Shown here: positions 13,120 to 23,782 of the stretch, piece by piece
Layout: every line of letters starts with the position of its first letter
How positions within the stretch are numbered: the stretch's first letter is position 1
Assembly: GCA_973895155.1 (NCBI GenBank)
Contig: OZ316893.1
Span: forward strand, 19,348,857 to 19,412,856
Length of the DNA stretch: 64,000 nt
DNA from: Marsupella aquatica
Lineage: Eukaryota; Plantae; Marchantiophyta
Direction: 5' to 3'
The notes under the pieces: model-generated
What the model was told of the DNA's origin: nothing
Database searches by the model: none
Seen by the model: the letters and a program-made list of their open reading frames with translations, nothing else
Translations under genes and position numbers: made by a program

Positions 13120-13999
13120 TATAAATAGCACTAGAGCCAAGCGCCGGTCAGCTCATTGTTCCGGACTCTGCCCAAAGGCTCTGCGACCCTGCCAGAGCCC
13201 GTAGCCCTAGCCAGGCTCCGCAATACGTGGTGGGTCGTCAGTGGTCCAAAAAGTGAGGTGGGGCATCCCGTGAGTTCGTTTGTTCGCGGAATGCCGTGGT
13301 TCGTGAGTGAGATGGGCTAGAAAACATGCTGCCATAGCCATGAAACTATCCGAGTGTGCTGGGGTTGGTGCATGTGCTGGGTTGAATGAATGGTGGAATT
13401 GACATGTTCTATGAACTCAAAAACTAATCGCGCCCAAAGTCGCGACCAAAGGAGCACACAAAAATTCCAACCGCTCTTGCACATGGAACATTGTCCATTC
13501 AGTTGAATGTAAATAGAGACCCAATCGAGTTTGCAATTTGGTCAAGAATTTATACTGCACATAGGCATGCACAAAGGCACTGGCAAGAGCCGTTCTCTAC
13601 ATTTTGATCGTATCAACTGCTCGCCAGTCAGAAATGGTCGTGCATACTATCGGACCTTGAGTTTTGGCTACAACTATTGTCATTCTGTTTTGGAAGACGT
13701 GGAACAGTAAGTAGCCCAAGAATAGCAATTGACAATGGAGGCCGAATTCAGTCGTCACACACAAGGACTTCGCCGCTGGTGTTCAACATTGCTCGTGAGC
13801 ATATCCCGGGGCATATCCAGAACCTGAACGAACAAAAAATAGAGAGTTTGTTGACCTGTTGAGTGATCGATCCAAGCAATTACATCGTCTGACTAGCAGC
13901 CTTCTAAAGCCGACTATACAAAAGACGAAGCTATCCCAATCTCCATAAATTCTTGAGTGCACGTCATATCTAGTGAGTCCCTAATGTATATGACAAGAA

Positions 14000-14900
14000 A
14001 CCAACCTCTCGCATAGCGGTCGCGCATTGGGATCTGCTTGGGTACACCGAGCGGCCACTTTCATCATCCATAGCACGCAGCATTTGTTTAACTTAGTGCA
14101 TTCCAATCGCCAATCCAACATTCTCCTTTGGATGTTGCACTCATCCGATGACTGGATCGCTTCAACTGTCTCTCGGCCCTGTATTACTCAACCCAAATTG
14201 TCTCTTGGCCCTGTATTACTTGTATGTGCGTACTCGCAGCAATCGGGTGCCCACCACTCCTGAGTGCAGACTACTCTATTACTGTCGTGCTTGCACCCTC
14301 TCCGTGGTGCCGTGGTGGCTCTGAAGCCCGTCCACTTGTGAAGCTCGTGGGGCAACATCGGATAGCTAGTTGACATAGTTCTCACCCATTCGCCAAGATG
14401 TGTCTCTGTTTTGTTGAGTTGGCAGAAAGCAGGGCGTCCAGTGATGAGCTCGAACACAAAACCCCAAAGGCGTAGACATCCTGTGGCATGGAAAGCTTCC
14501 CTCCTGGTTCATACTTTGGACCCAAGTATTGGCTAAGCTCATAATGGACTACCCATCAAAGTAGTGCCTAGAGGACAATGGCCGCAAGAGCTTTGTCTCA
14601 TGAATAGACATAGCTTTCTTCTTAGAGTTCAGGGTTTGATCTGCTTCCTTATCGTTTCCAAGAATTGAAGGACTCATCGACATTTCTTCGTTCCAGTTTT
14701 TGACATCAGTGACCAGGGAATCCCTTCTTCTGTAGATGAAAGTCTGTGGTGCAAAGTTCAGCAAAGTATTGTCAGACCCAAGCCACCATGCCAGATCCGG
14801 AAGAGCTTCACACAATTTCAAAAATGGCACTAGCAATTCCGAAACTAAGCCACCATGTCCAATCCCCAGTAATTCACGGAAAAATGCGGATCCGGACTCC
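14000..14900 (-). pseudogene. Degenerate receptor-like (RLK/Pelle) protein kinase fragment inside the transposon
   Basis: Minus strand gives YLGPKYEPGGKLSMPQDVYAFGVFVFELITGRPAF (subdomains VIII-IX) and KVAARCTQADPNARP then AMREV after a frameshift (subdomain XI). TTDFHLQKKGFP upstream is a weaker subdomain V-like match. Stops and frameshifts are present; boundaries are approximate. Confidence 0.7.
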
Positions 14901-15416
14901 GCTGAATCCTGCTTTTCTCCAGTGTTACACACGTCTCAACACCCGTATTACAGTATCACGGTTCTGTCGGTGTAATCAATCTTCATCAAATTGGAAGGCT
15001 GTTGGAAAGTTGCCATGCGATTATGTATCTTTCTAAGACACATAAGGCAAAAGGCGACAAGCAAAGCGCAACTGCTACTGGGATGAGCCACCAACTATAT
15101 CGATTGCTCTATTATAAGCTACGATTGCACACAAGCTGTCACTCTCTCGAGTCATTACTGGCAACATCATGTTTGATTTACATCTTTGCTCATTACATTC
15201 CCCAATGATGTGCGCACATTGCAACGCAAAAGATATGTCAGCTTTGGCAGGGCCGCAACATTGTCCCATGAATCTTTCATTATCCTACCTCTGCGATAGG
15301 GGAAAGCAATCGGCTGAGTAGAGTAGCCGAACTGTTCAAACCTTCTCTGTGCATCCTGCCTAAGAAGCACAATGCTTGTGAGAATCACGATTCGTGTACG
15401 CTCTTCCTTTCTTTTG

Positions 15417-15715
15417 CCATGCACTTCAACACTGACACGAGCCGGGTAGTTCTTTCGTGCAATTATTGGTTTACACAAAATGACACAGCAGGGGAAAGAT
15501 CGTTTACATTGAACGGGATCGTTTACATATTGAACGGGAGCCGGCTTGTTGTATGGTGTGCCATGCACTTCAACACTTACATGAGCCGGGCAGTTCTTTT
15601 GTGCAATTATTGGTTTACCACACGGTAGCGGCTTGACGGCACAACTGAGAACAGGGTCAGGGCAGGATGGCATGGTTTACCACACGGTAGCAGCTTGACG
15701 GCACAACTAAGAACG
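15417..15715. repeat. Nested direct repeats upstream of the transposase gene
   Basis: CCATGCACTTCAACAC...GTGCAATTATTGGTTTAC twice, GATCGTTTACAT twice, and GGTTTACCACACGGTAGC.GCTTGACGGCACAACT twice. Confidence 0.75.
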
Positions 15716-16058
15716 ATAATGCGCATGGAAAGGGAAGTAGCCTTCGCTCATTGTAGAGGATGACAGTGAGTGTAAAATGAGTGCACTCATGAGTGTAAAA
15801 TGCAGAATTGATGCCGGTGAGACCACCCACTTTTGTTTTCCGATTCGCCGAGTAGCAAGGCACTGACTTGGTCAAATACACGGCATTTGCATTTGTTGTG
15901 AAGGAAGGTATGAACTTACTAACTAAACTCTTGCATCTTCATCCACAAGTGCATTGTAGACTTGAAGCATGAATATGGTAACCATACAAATATATGAGGA
16001 CGTCTAATTTGCAAAAATTGTTGTTGTCACTATTGTTTTGGTTGCCAGAGTAGGACAA

Positions 16059-19000
16059 ATGGTCCGTCAACCGCACAGGAGGGATTATCACCAAGTTGGG
16101 GGCAATCTTCGATGTAGGCTTCCAGGAAGTCATATACGTACATACCATGCCTTACAGGGTGCCCTCAAATGGTCCCATGGGAAGTTGATGGCTTGGCTCA
16201 TGGATGGTATGTCCATGCAAATCTCTACTGTTATTAGCGGACATCATCGACGGTATCAAGAGGAAGTAATAGCATTTGAGGGCCCAAATGACTTTGGATG
16301 GATAAATAGTGAACACCTTGCTAATGAAGAGGACTTGGGAACATTTGGGATCATTTCAGAGGTAATTTTAATATCAATTTTCATTATAGTTCCAAGATTA
16401 CTTTCTTTCACTAATCTTTGTTTTCTAGGTTTTCATTTGAGTAAACCTCTTCCAACATCTCTCCTTTTTGATGTATTTAAAAAATTAGGGTTATCCAAAA
16501 TTTAGTGGTTTTATCTTTGGTACATCATGATTTAGTATTGTTGACCCATGTTTGTCTTTTTTTCTTGCAGCCATCTTGTGGTGCACTATCATCCGGTCCA
16601 AATAATGAGGAATCCATTCCTGACGAGGCATCACCTTCAGACGGAGAGCAAGATGATTCAGACTTGAACACTAGTGTATCTGACCACATTGAGTCTGGTG
16701 AGGAGGATGCAGAGCACATTCCGGATTCCAACATACACGTGGAAGATGGCCCTATGATGTCCGATTCCCAGGTAACTTTTTAAAGGATTTTTAATCCTTT
16801 TGTTTAGTGTTACATGTTTTGTTCCATAAAATAGGAACACATGCACAAAATAATGCACACTGTAATTTTTATGTTTTGCACACATTGAATTAATGACAAA
16901 ATATGATGATAACAAAAAGTTTATGTTTTAACCTCACATCTGTACATGATAATATGCTAAAGAGGATAATCTTCAATTATAATGATAGGACTAACTTTTG
17001 AGTCCTCACCCTGCCCAACCTACATACAATACAAATCAATGAGGGGTCACTACTAAAAAGAGGTTTAAGGAGGTCGTTCCCTAATATCATTTTTTTTGTT
17101 TTTTTGCTTTTTCACCCTAAACCCTCAACCCTAATATCATGCTTAACTTACTCCTTTGACTTATTTGGCCCTGGCCATGGCATATAGTAATCAGGTTCCA
17201 CACTATCTTTTCTATCAATTGCCATACTTTGTTTAATGGGTGTCAAAAAGATTTGAGCATTGAAGATGGTATCTGTAGAGGTTGGTTAGGGGTCCGGGGA
17301 AGGGAATATTTTTTCTTTGTTTAGGGAACAGCTGTAAAATGATAAGTCATGCAAACTAATCAGGAACTTTACTTTACATAGGTAATGCATTCATTTTATG
17401 GAAACCGTACCTTCAACTAAAAATCAAAAATTGCACCCTAAACCCCTGGCTAACAGATTTCAAATGAGGATGGAGCCATTGGTTTGCTGGAAGGCAGTGA
17501 TCCAACAACATTTGGTTTCGACAGTATGGTTTTCATGGATTCCGGGTTTCAAGAGAATGACACTCAGGTATTCTATATTTTCACATTGTTGTCCTTGTCA
17601 TTTGCATCAATTCATAGTTATAATTATTTATTTTAAATAAATTGCATCTTTACATAGCTTACTAATTATCGTGTGTTTTTCAAGGCATCTACTTCTTCTG
17701 AGCAAGTACATGTTGACTCTCGTTTGGATTTTGAGTATGAGCCATCCTCTCAAGAAAATACAACCCAGGCCGACCCTAAGAGCCTGGTGGAGTATGCTTT
17801 TTGGCAAAAAAGCAAGGTCCACGAATTTTTTCGGGAATTTTGTGTGAATTGTCGTGTTGAAGGTTGTGTTGGTAAGTATTTGGTTGAGGACATAGTGACA
17901 CACCATCAGTTGTGGATATTGAAATTGAAGTGCCCACAAGGGCATACACAATCTTTCATGACTGGGGAGAATGAACTTCATAGAGGTACGTCATCTGCTC
18001 AAATTAATACTATTTGTTTATACTATTGTACTTATTTGATTTAATATTGTCCATTTTAAAACAAAAAGTTTATAAGTCAAGTCTTGTTTTCTTGATGAAT
18101 ACAGGTGTTCCTGCAATCACTGGACTGATTTACCACTCTGCTCTCTCTGCTGGTTTAACACACAACATCATATGTGAACTCTTTTCTCACATTGAGATCC
18201 ATGTTCCAAGAAACACCCATTGGTTTCGATTTCAAAATGGAGCCCGAAGAGACATTGGATGGATTGGAGCAGTGCTGCAAGTCTGGAATGATAAGAAACA
18301 AAGGTTGCAACAAAGCTTAGCAGAAAGAGATGGTATGTCAATCTTCTTGTAGTGAAACACTTGTTTTGCTAGCTAGTTGATTGATGAGTCTATCAATTTA
18401 TTACTATTAGGTTGTTAGTGCATGCATGTAAATGTTGGTTTCTAAATATTTGGTGAATTTATGATAATTGTAGGTTCCACTCCAATGATTTTATATGTGG
18501 ATTGTCGTTGGGACTCATCACGTTCTGGATACCATGGCACTGTTCCTGTCATAGACGTGGCTACTAGTAAGGTAGTAGAGCTTGTAACAATCAACCGCGT
18601 TGAGGCTGGGAATTCAGGCGCTATTGAGGCAATTGGTGTTCGTCGTGCCCTCCAACATCTTCAAGATGTTGGAGTTAGAATCAATGAGGTTGTTCATGAT
18701 GATAACAACACAGTTGATGCTATTCTTCGTGAGCTCAATGTTGATAACCAGAAGGATTTATGGCACAAATGTAAGAATCTTTTGAAGCAATTTAACAAAG
18801 AGCTAGCAAATGTGAAAGAAACAGCACCTGTTGGTGGGATCGATGGTGCAGTATCCTTGCAAGAATTGGGCAGATTCACTGTGCGAGTGTTGTCAGATTG
18901 GTGCAAGAACCAGCTATTGAGGCACACAGGTAATAAGACAGAGTTGGTGCACCGCATTGGAAGACATAAAGGGCTTTTGGAGGAGGACATCACATTGCAC

Positions 19001-19875
19001 ACCAGGAGGCAATTGAAGTATCCAGAATTGACAGAAAAACAACTTGGTGATAAATTGAAGAGTTGGTTTTACTATTGTTGCTGCAATGCAAAAGAAAGGT
19101 ACGATGGTAACTATGGTATTCAATTCCATTCAAACTAACTTGAGCAATTATTGAATTCTTTCATTATTTTGAACTAAACTAACTCTTGAATTATATTGTA
19201 ATGACTACTGTCTTATAGAGGAAATGATGATGCTACCATGTTGGCTAAGGAGATCATCACAGCAGCTGATCATTGGGCTGGTAACCATGAACCCTGCAAA
19301 GATTTCCTTCCTTGCAAGTGTTGTGAGGAAGGTGTAACTTACATGCCATACTATGTTGAAGGTAAGTTAAACGCTACTATCCATTAAACTTGGTTGTAAA
19401 TTGTGTATGAGATAAATAATGAGTTTTATATTGTTATCTAATGTAATTGGATTGTTACCTAATGTTTTGCAATTTATAATATTTTCAAATATGGATTCTT
19501 GTGGGTTTTGCAGGGGGCGCTACACATAGAGCTCTAAAGCAATGGTTGCAGAAGAACATCACTGCAATCAATGTTCGCTTTTACACTAGAGCCCGAGCAA
19601 ATTTTTTTAGTGAAACATTTCATGGAAACATCAACAAGTATGCTATGAAGAGGATTCATTTTTCCATGACTCATGAAGCCCGAATGGCATGTGCTGCAAT
19701 GTGTTGGAATGAAAACATTGGTCGAGAGGTGGTACGAGTTCGAACACGACAGCCTAGTAATACATGTACACGTCAGCGTACATCAAAGGTTCGTGACCTA
19801 GTTCCTAGAAGCATCAGGTGGAAGAAAGACGTGGCCCATATCATATTTGGAAGAGGTGTAGACTATGATATGTGA
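16059..19875 (+). CDS. Kolobok-type DDE transposase, 8 exons, 757 aa (16059-16361, 16571-16771, 17457-17567, 17685-17985, 18105-18332, 18474-19098, 19219-19361, 19514-19875)
   Basis: All seven introns are GT-AG with matching phases (0,0,0,1,1,2,1), giving a stop-free 2274-nt CDS. Motifs: Cys/His zinc-binding region (CRVEGC...CPQGH), YVDCRWDSS (first D), VVHDDN (second D), DLWHKCKN, and SETFHGNINKYAMKRIHF...ARMACAAMCWNEN (E). The three acidic N-terminal exons are less certain than the catalytic ones. Confidence 0.8.
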
Positions 19876-20778
19876 TACTTGATACAGTTGTTATTTTGGC
19901 TATAAACTTCCACCCTTGTCATGCATTTGACATTTAGGAGATATATAAGTTGTGGGTTTTGCTATATTCATATGCCATTTTTTACTGTCCCATGTATCAC
20001 CTTGCCATCTAATTTTGTTTTGTAATAGAATGTATATTGTAGGATGTGAAGTTAGGGTTTAGCACCATCAAATAACAAAAAGTTGTGAGTTGTGTTGTTG
20101 TATTACAACTTTGGGAAATGGCCATGGACCAAGTGTCCATACTTGACCTGCCTATGATAGAAGAGTAACATGCATTCATGGCATTGCATTGCAAACTAAC
20201 TTGGTGGATACATTGCAAATATTTATCTGAATTTAACAATACTCCAAAAGGGAATTGAACCCTCATGCTGCCATCCAGTAGGAGTTCCAACCCAAAGGAG
20301 GGGGAAGGAGGCACAAGCCAAACAAACACAAAAATCAAGTAGCACAAAGAACCCACACAATGATAATACTAGGAATAAACAAATAAAGACAAATTTAAAA
20401 ACTAAAACTAAAAAACCAAAAGAGGAAACCAAGATGGTATTTGCCTCCCAATCTCCACGGTTTTGTAGTGCAATTGGGAGAAAGGAGGCACATGCCAAAC
20501 AAAGAAAATGAAATAGTATAGATAGTAGAACAAACTTAAGAAACCTTGGAGCAATAAGTAAACATGGATGAAAACATAGTTACACAACCTTACCAAACTA
20601 AAGGATATACCGACATGGTTGCTTAGCAAGGCCCAAATTGTTTACACTTGCAGTTGGGAAAGGAAAGGAGGCACATGTGAAAAAAACATGAAAAAAATTG
20701 GTGAAACAAAGAACCCATGAAAGAATAACTCACGTGATGAAACAACAATGATGAAAAGAAAAATTACAAAATAAAAAC

Positions 20779-21682
20779 CTAAAATCGAAAACCCACATGT
20801 TGTTCGCCTGGTAGCTCCCAAGTGGACTGCACAGCAGCTGTGACTGCTGCTGGGAAGGGTGTTCTATCTGCAAAGGAAGCAACATATGCAAGTTTGCGAT
20901 ACACAACATATCGCTGTCGACGAGGAACTGTTTCAGTGTATGCCCATGCGGCACACATATGAAAAGCTTGAGCTGTTGCAGGGGAAAGAACCTGGGCAGA
21001 GTTTAGGTCCTCAAGGTTGTCGTCTATGGCTCTGCAAAAATCAGGGAACCTGGAAACTATGTCTCCGTGTCTCAATAGTCAAAATTTTCGACGCCCTGGT
21101 GGAGGAACTGGCCATGATAACCGATATATGTCGTTTCCATAGGAGATCAGTTCCGCCGGTCTGTTCTGATGCTCGGCAGTCCTTCAAAACATAGGAAATT
21201 CAAGATCGATGTGCAATTAGTATCCCTATAAAACTAAGCCATGTAATAATTGTTGTTTGATGGAGGTTATATTTTACACAAAATTGAGCAAGAACAAGCA
21301 AGTATTATGCATGTGTGCATGAAGGAAAGTCAATTAGAAACCAAATCACATATTTGCAAAGGTAGGCCAAGTATATGCATGCAAAGTGGCCACATGGCAA
21401 TGTACACATGACCAAAAAGAAAATGAAGAGTAACTACCAAGTTTTATGCATGCATAATTCAAGGTCTTCAATCAATGGGTACAGAATTTTAAGATGCTAG
21501 GCATGCAAGAGTGAACAAACCTGGAATTATTCATGTTGATTGCAAGGTGATGAAATAACCCTGTCAATAACTCAGGTAAGTCTATTCCAAAGGAATGACA
21601 GCAACTGAACTCCAGAACGACCTTCCGAACCAAAAAATGAACCACAACACTGGTTGAAGCACACCCTTCTTCCTGGAGCGTC
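20779..21682 (-). pseudogene. KolX / P2X7 cytoplasmic-ballast-like accessory gene, convergent with the transposase; inferred exons 21682-21521 and 21181-20779; in-frame TGA at 21081-21079
   Basis: C-terminus RRQRYVVYRKLAYVASFADRTPFPAAVTAAVQSTWELPGEQHVGF resembles the RY.AYR...R..P.C.V..IR..FP....Y.GF ballast motif. The phase-2 splice join is consistent. The 5' exons are not resolved. Confidence 0.65.
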
Positions 21683-22100
21683 CTAAACACAATGAGTTGG
21701 TTAGCGAACTACGAAGGGAACAAGAAAATAAGTTGTAAGTGTACTAGTTGAACCATGCCCTTCTTCTTGAGTCGTAAAGTAACCAAAAAAGTGAGAAGCA
21801 ATACTAGTAAACCCAAAAAGTGAGGAGCACAACGAGTGGGCTGCCGAAAGATGAAGGGACTGCAAGAAAACGAGCTGCAAGTGTACCAGTTGCACGATGC
21901 CCTTCTTCCGGAGTCTGCAACAAAAAAGTGAGAAGCAGTACTCGTAAACCCAAAAAGTGAGGAGCACAACGAGTGGGCTGCCGAAAGACAAAGGGAACAA
22001 GAAAACGAGCTGCAAGTGTACCAGTTGCACGATGCCCTTCTTCCTGAGTCTGCAACAAAAAAGTGAGAAGCAGTACCCGTAATCCGAAAAAGTGAGGAGC
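21650..22100. repeat. Three to four tandem ~139-bp units, each with a micro-exon-like core
   Basis: Minus-strand TTGTTGCAG-ACTC(A/C)GGAAGAAGGGCATCGTGCAACTG-GTACAC repeats near 22020-22055 and 21880-21920, with diverged copies near 21740-21775 and 21650-21682. Confidence 0.8.
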
Positions 22101-23768
22101 AATAGAAGCAGAGAATTTTTATATACACAATCTATGTGAGCTGTGAATGGGCCGTTCACAGTAGGCATGGGCAACGCATTCTATATTGAGCACCAGTAAG
22201 TGTGCGTCACTGCCATAGTAGCGCAACTGTCCAAAGTGAGCTTCATTGGATGGGCGCCCGTATGGGAGGCCAAGTAATTGAGAGTGATTGGCCATGGATT
22301 GAGAGTGGCAGTGAGTATACATGATGCCAAATAAGTTTTTCACAGAATGCGAAACATGCTGCTCCTGTTATAACGAGGATCGAGTCACGGGGGCTGAAGC
22401 TCGGGGGGACGATTGAGTGACAGATCTTAATTTACATGAGCCAAACGAGTTGTCCAATTGCGTTGTTCAAGTGAGAATTTTGTTTTCACTGAGAAGTTGG
22501 TGCACTGTTCACCCAGGAGTTGAATCCCGTTTGGCTGGAGTGCGATCCATCACTACTGCACCTTTTTTAGAAATCTGCACCTTGTTACGTACACTTCAAT
22601 TGGTAAGATAGTAACAGAGGAGCCCATTTTTTGAGGCTTTTCTACAATTATTTGGAGGCGTTCATGAAGGCGCTCCACAGAAGGTTGCATCGGGACTCAT
22701 GGTGCTTGATCGGGCGGCTGATTTGCAAAGTGTTGGTTAGAGTCAAGTTCCGGTACATTGACAACGAGTTGTTATGCTCGATCTTTGAGCAGGTCTAAAC
22801 CTTTTCAAGACAGATTTGCTTCACCGGCACAATTAAAACCTTTACTGATTGTGTCCTGGATGAAAGTCTCTATAGCAGATGCTCAACCTGTACACTTTGA
22901 GGTAACCAAGTAATCAATCCAAATGACGGCTACGAGACAGCTAGAGGGTAGCAGGATTACACACGAAGTCGCTTGTTCTGGTGACTCTCATCATCGAAGG
23001 TTACTCTATCGTCTTCATAACCTCCTCCCCCACCAGACTTATCCTTCTTCTTATTATTATCTAGTATCTGATTGATTTTATGAAGCTCGTAATTGAGCTT
23101 CTGCTCCATTTTCTGTTTCCGAATTTGCCAAGTTGAGATCCACATGTGACATCGCTCAACTTGCCTTGTGAACATTCTCTTAGCATCGGGGGAGTAAACG
23201 GATCGATCGATTCTGCTTTCATCGCTCTGAAATCAAGTCCAATCAACTGCCGAACAACCCCTTCGAAAAAGAAAGAGAAAGATAAAAAGCTTCAAAACGC
23301 CCTCCACACACCACTGCTGCAATCACCGTAACTCACCACAGTCCCCTCCACACACACGGACACTTGGCTGCGCTTGTTTGATAACTTTCTCTCACGGCTT
23401 TACAACGAGACCTTGTTTGATCACTTTCTCAAACAACTTTACAACGAGACGACCGCTGCATCGGCTGCTTCAACTCCGACTGTTACTAACTTGAGACTCA
23501 ATTGAACAATTCTGCGTTCCGTTTTTGTTTCCTCTCTCGCGCAGCATGTGACGATGACTCTACTGACTACTCTGGATAGCGCAGCATGGGCTAGAGGACT
23601 TGCCCCACCTAGGGTTCATGAAATTGCGCCCTCCGTGAAATGAGGCTGGACACTGGTACACGTGTACAGCTGACCGGGGCAAAAAGTGACCTTCGAGAAA
23701 TAGTTGAGAATGCCCGGAGCTCAAGTGTCGGCTATATTAAGCAATGTGGTGGATCCACATTTTGGAAG

Positions 23769-23782
23769 TGGACAGTGGCGGT
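23769..23782 (-). repeat. Right TIR of the Kolobok-like element
   Basis: TGGACAGTGGCGGT, followed by TTAA. Confidence 0.9.

Larger units (their letters stand above)
13106..23782 (+). mobile_element. Kolobok-superfamily-like DNA transposon, 10,677 bp, with transposase, KolX-like gene and captured kinase fragment
   Basis: Perfect 14-bp TIRs ACCGCCACTGTCCA (13106-13119) and TGGACAGTGGCGGT (23769-23782). TTAA on both flanks (13102-13105, 23783-23786). Shared inverted subterminal motif CCGGTCAGCT. Contains a DDE transposase and a convergent P2X7-ballast-like ORF. Confidence 0.85.

Noticed and set aside
18461-19138. Transposase as a Mutator/MULE enzyme
   Set aside because: The DxxH-like motif is shared, but short 14-bp TIRs, a TTAA duplication and the KolX-like partner argue against a MULE (long TIRs, 9-11-bp TSD). 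A phylogeny is still needed.
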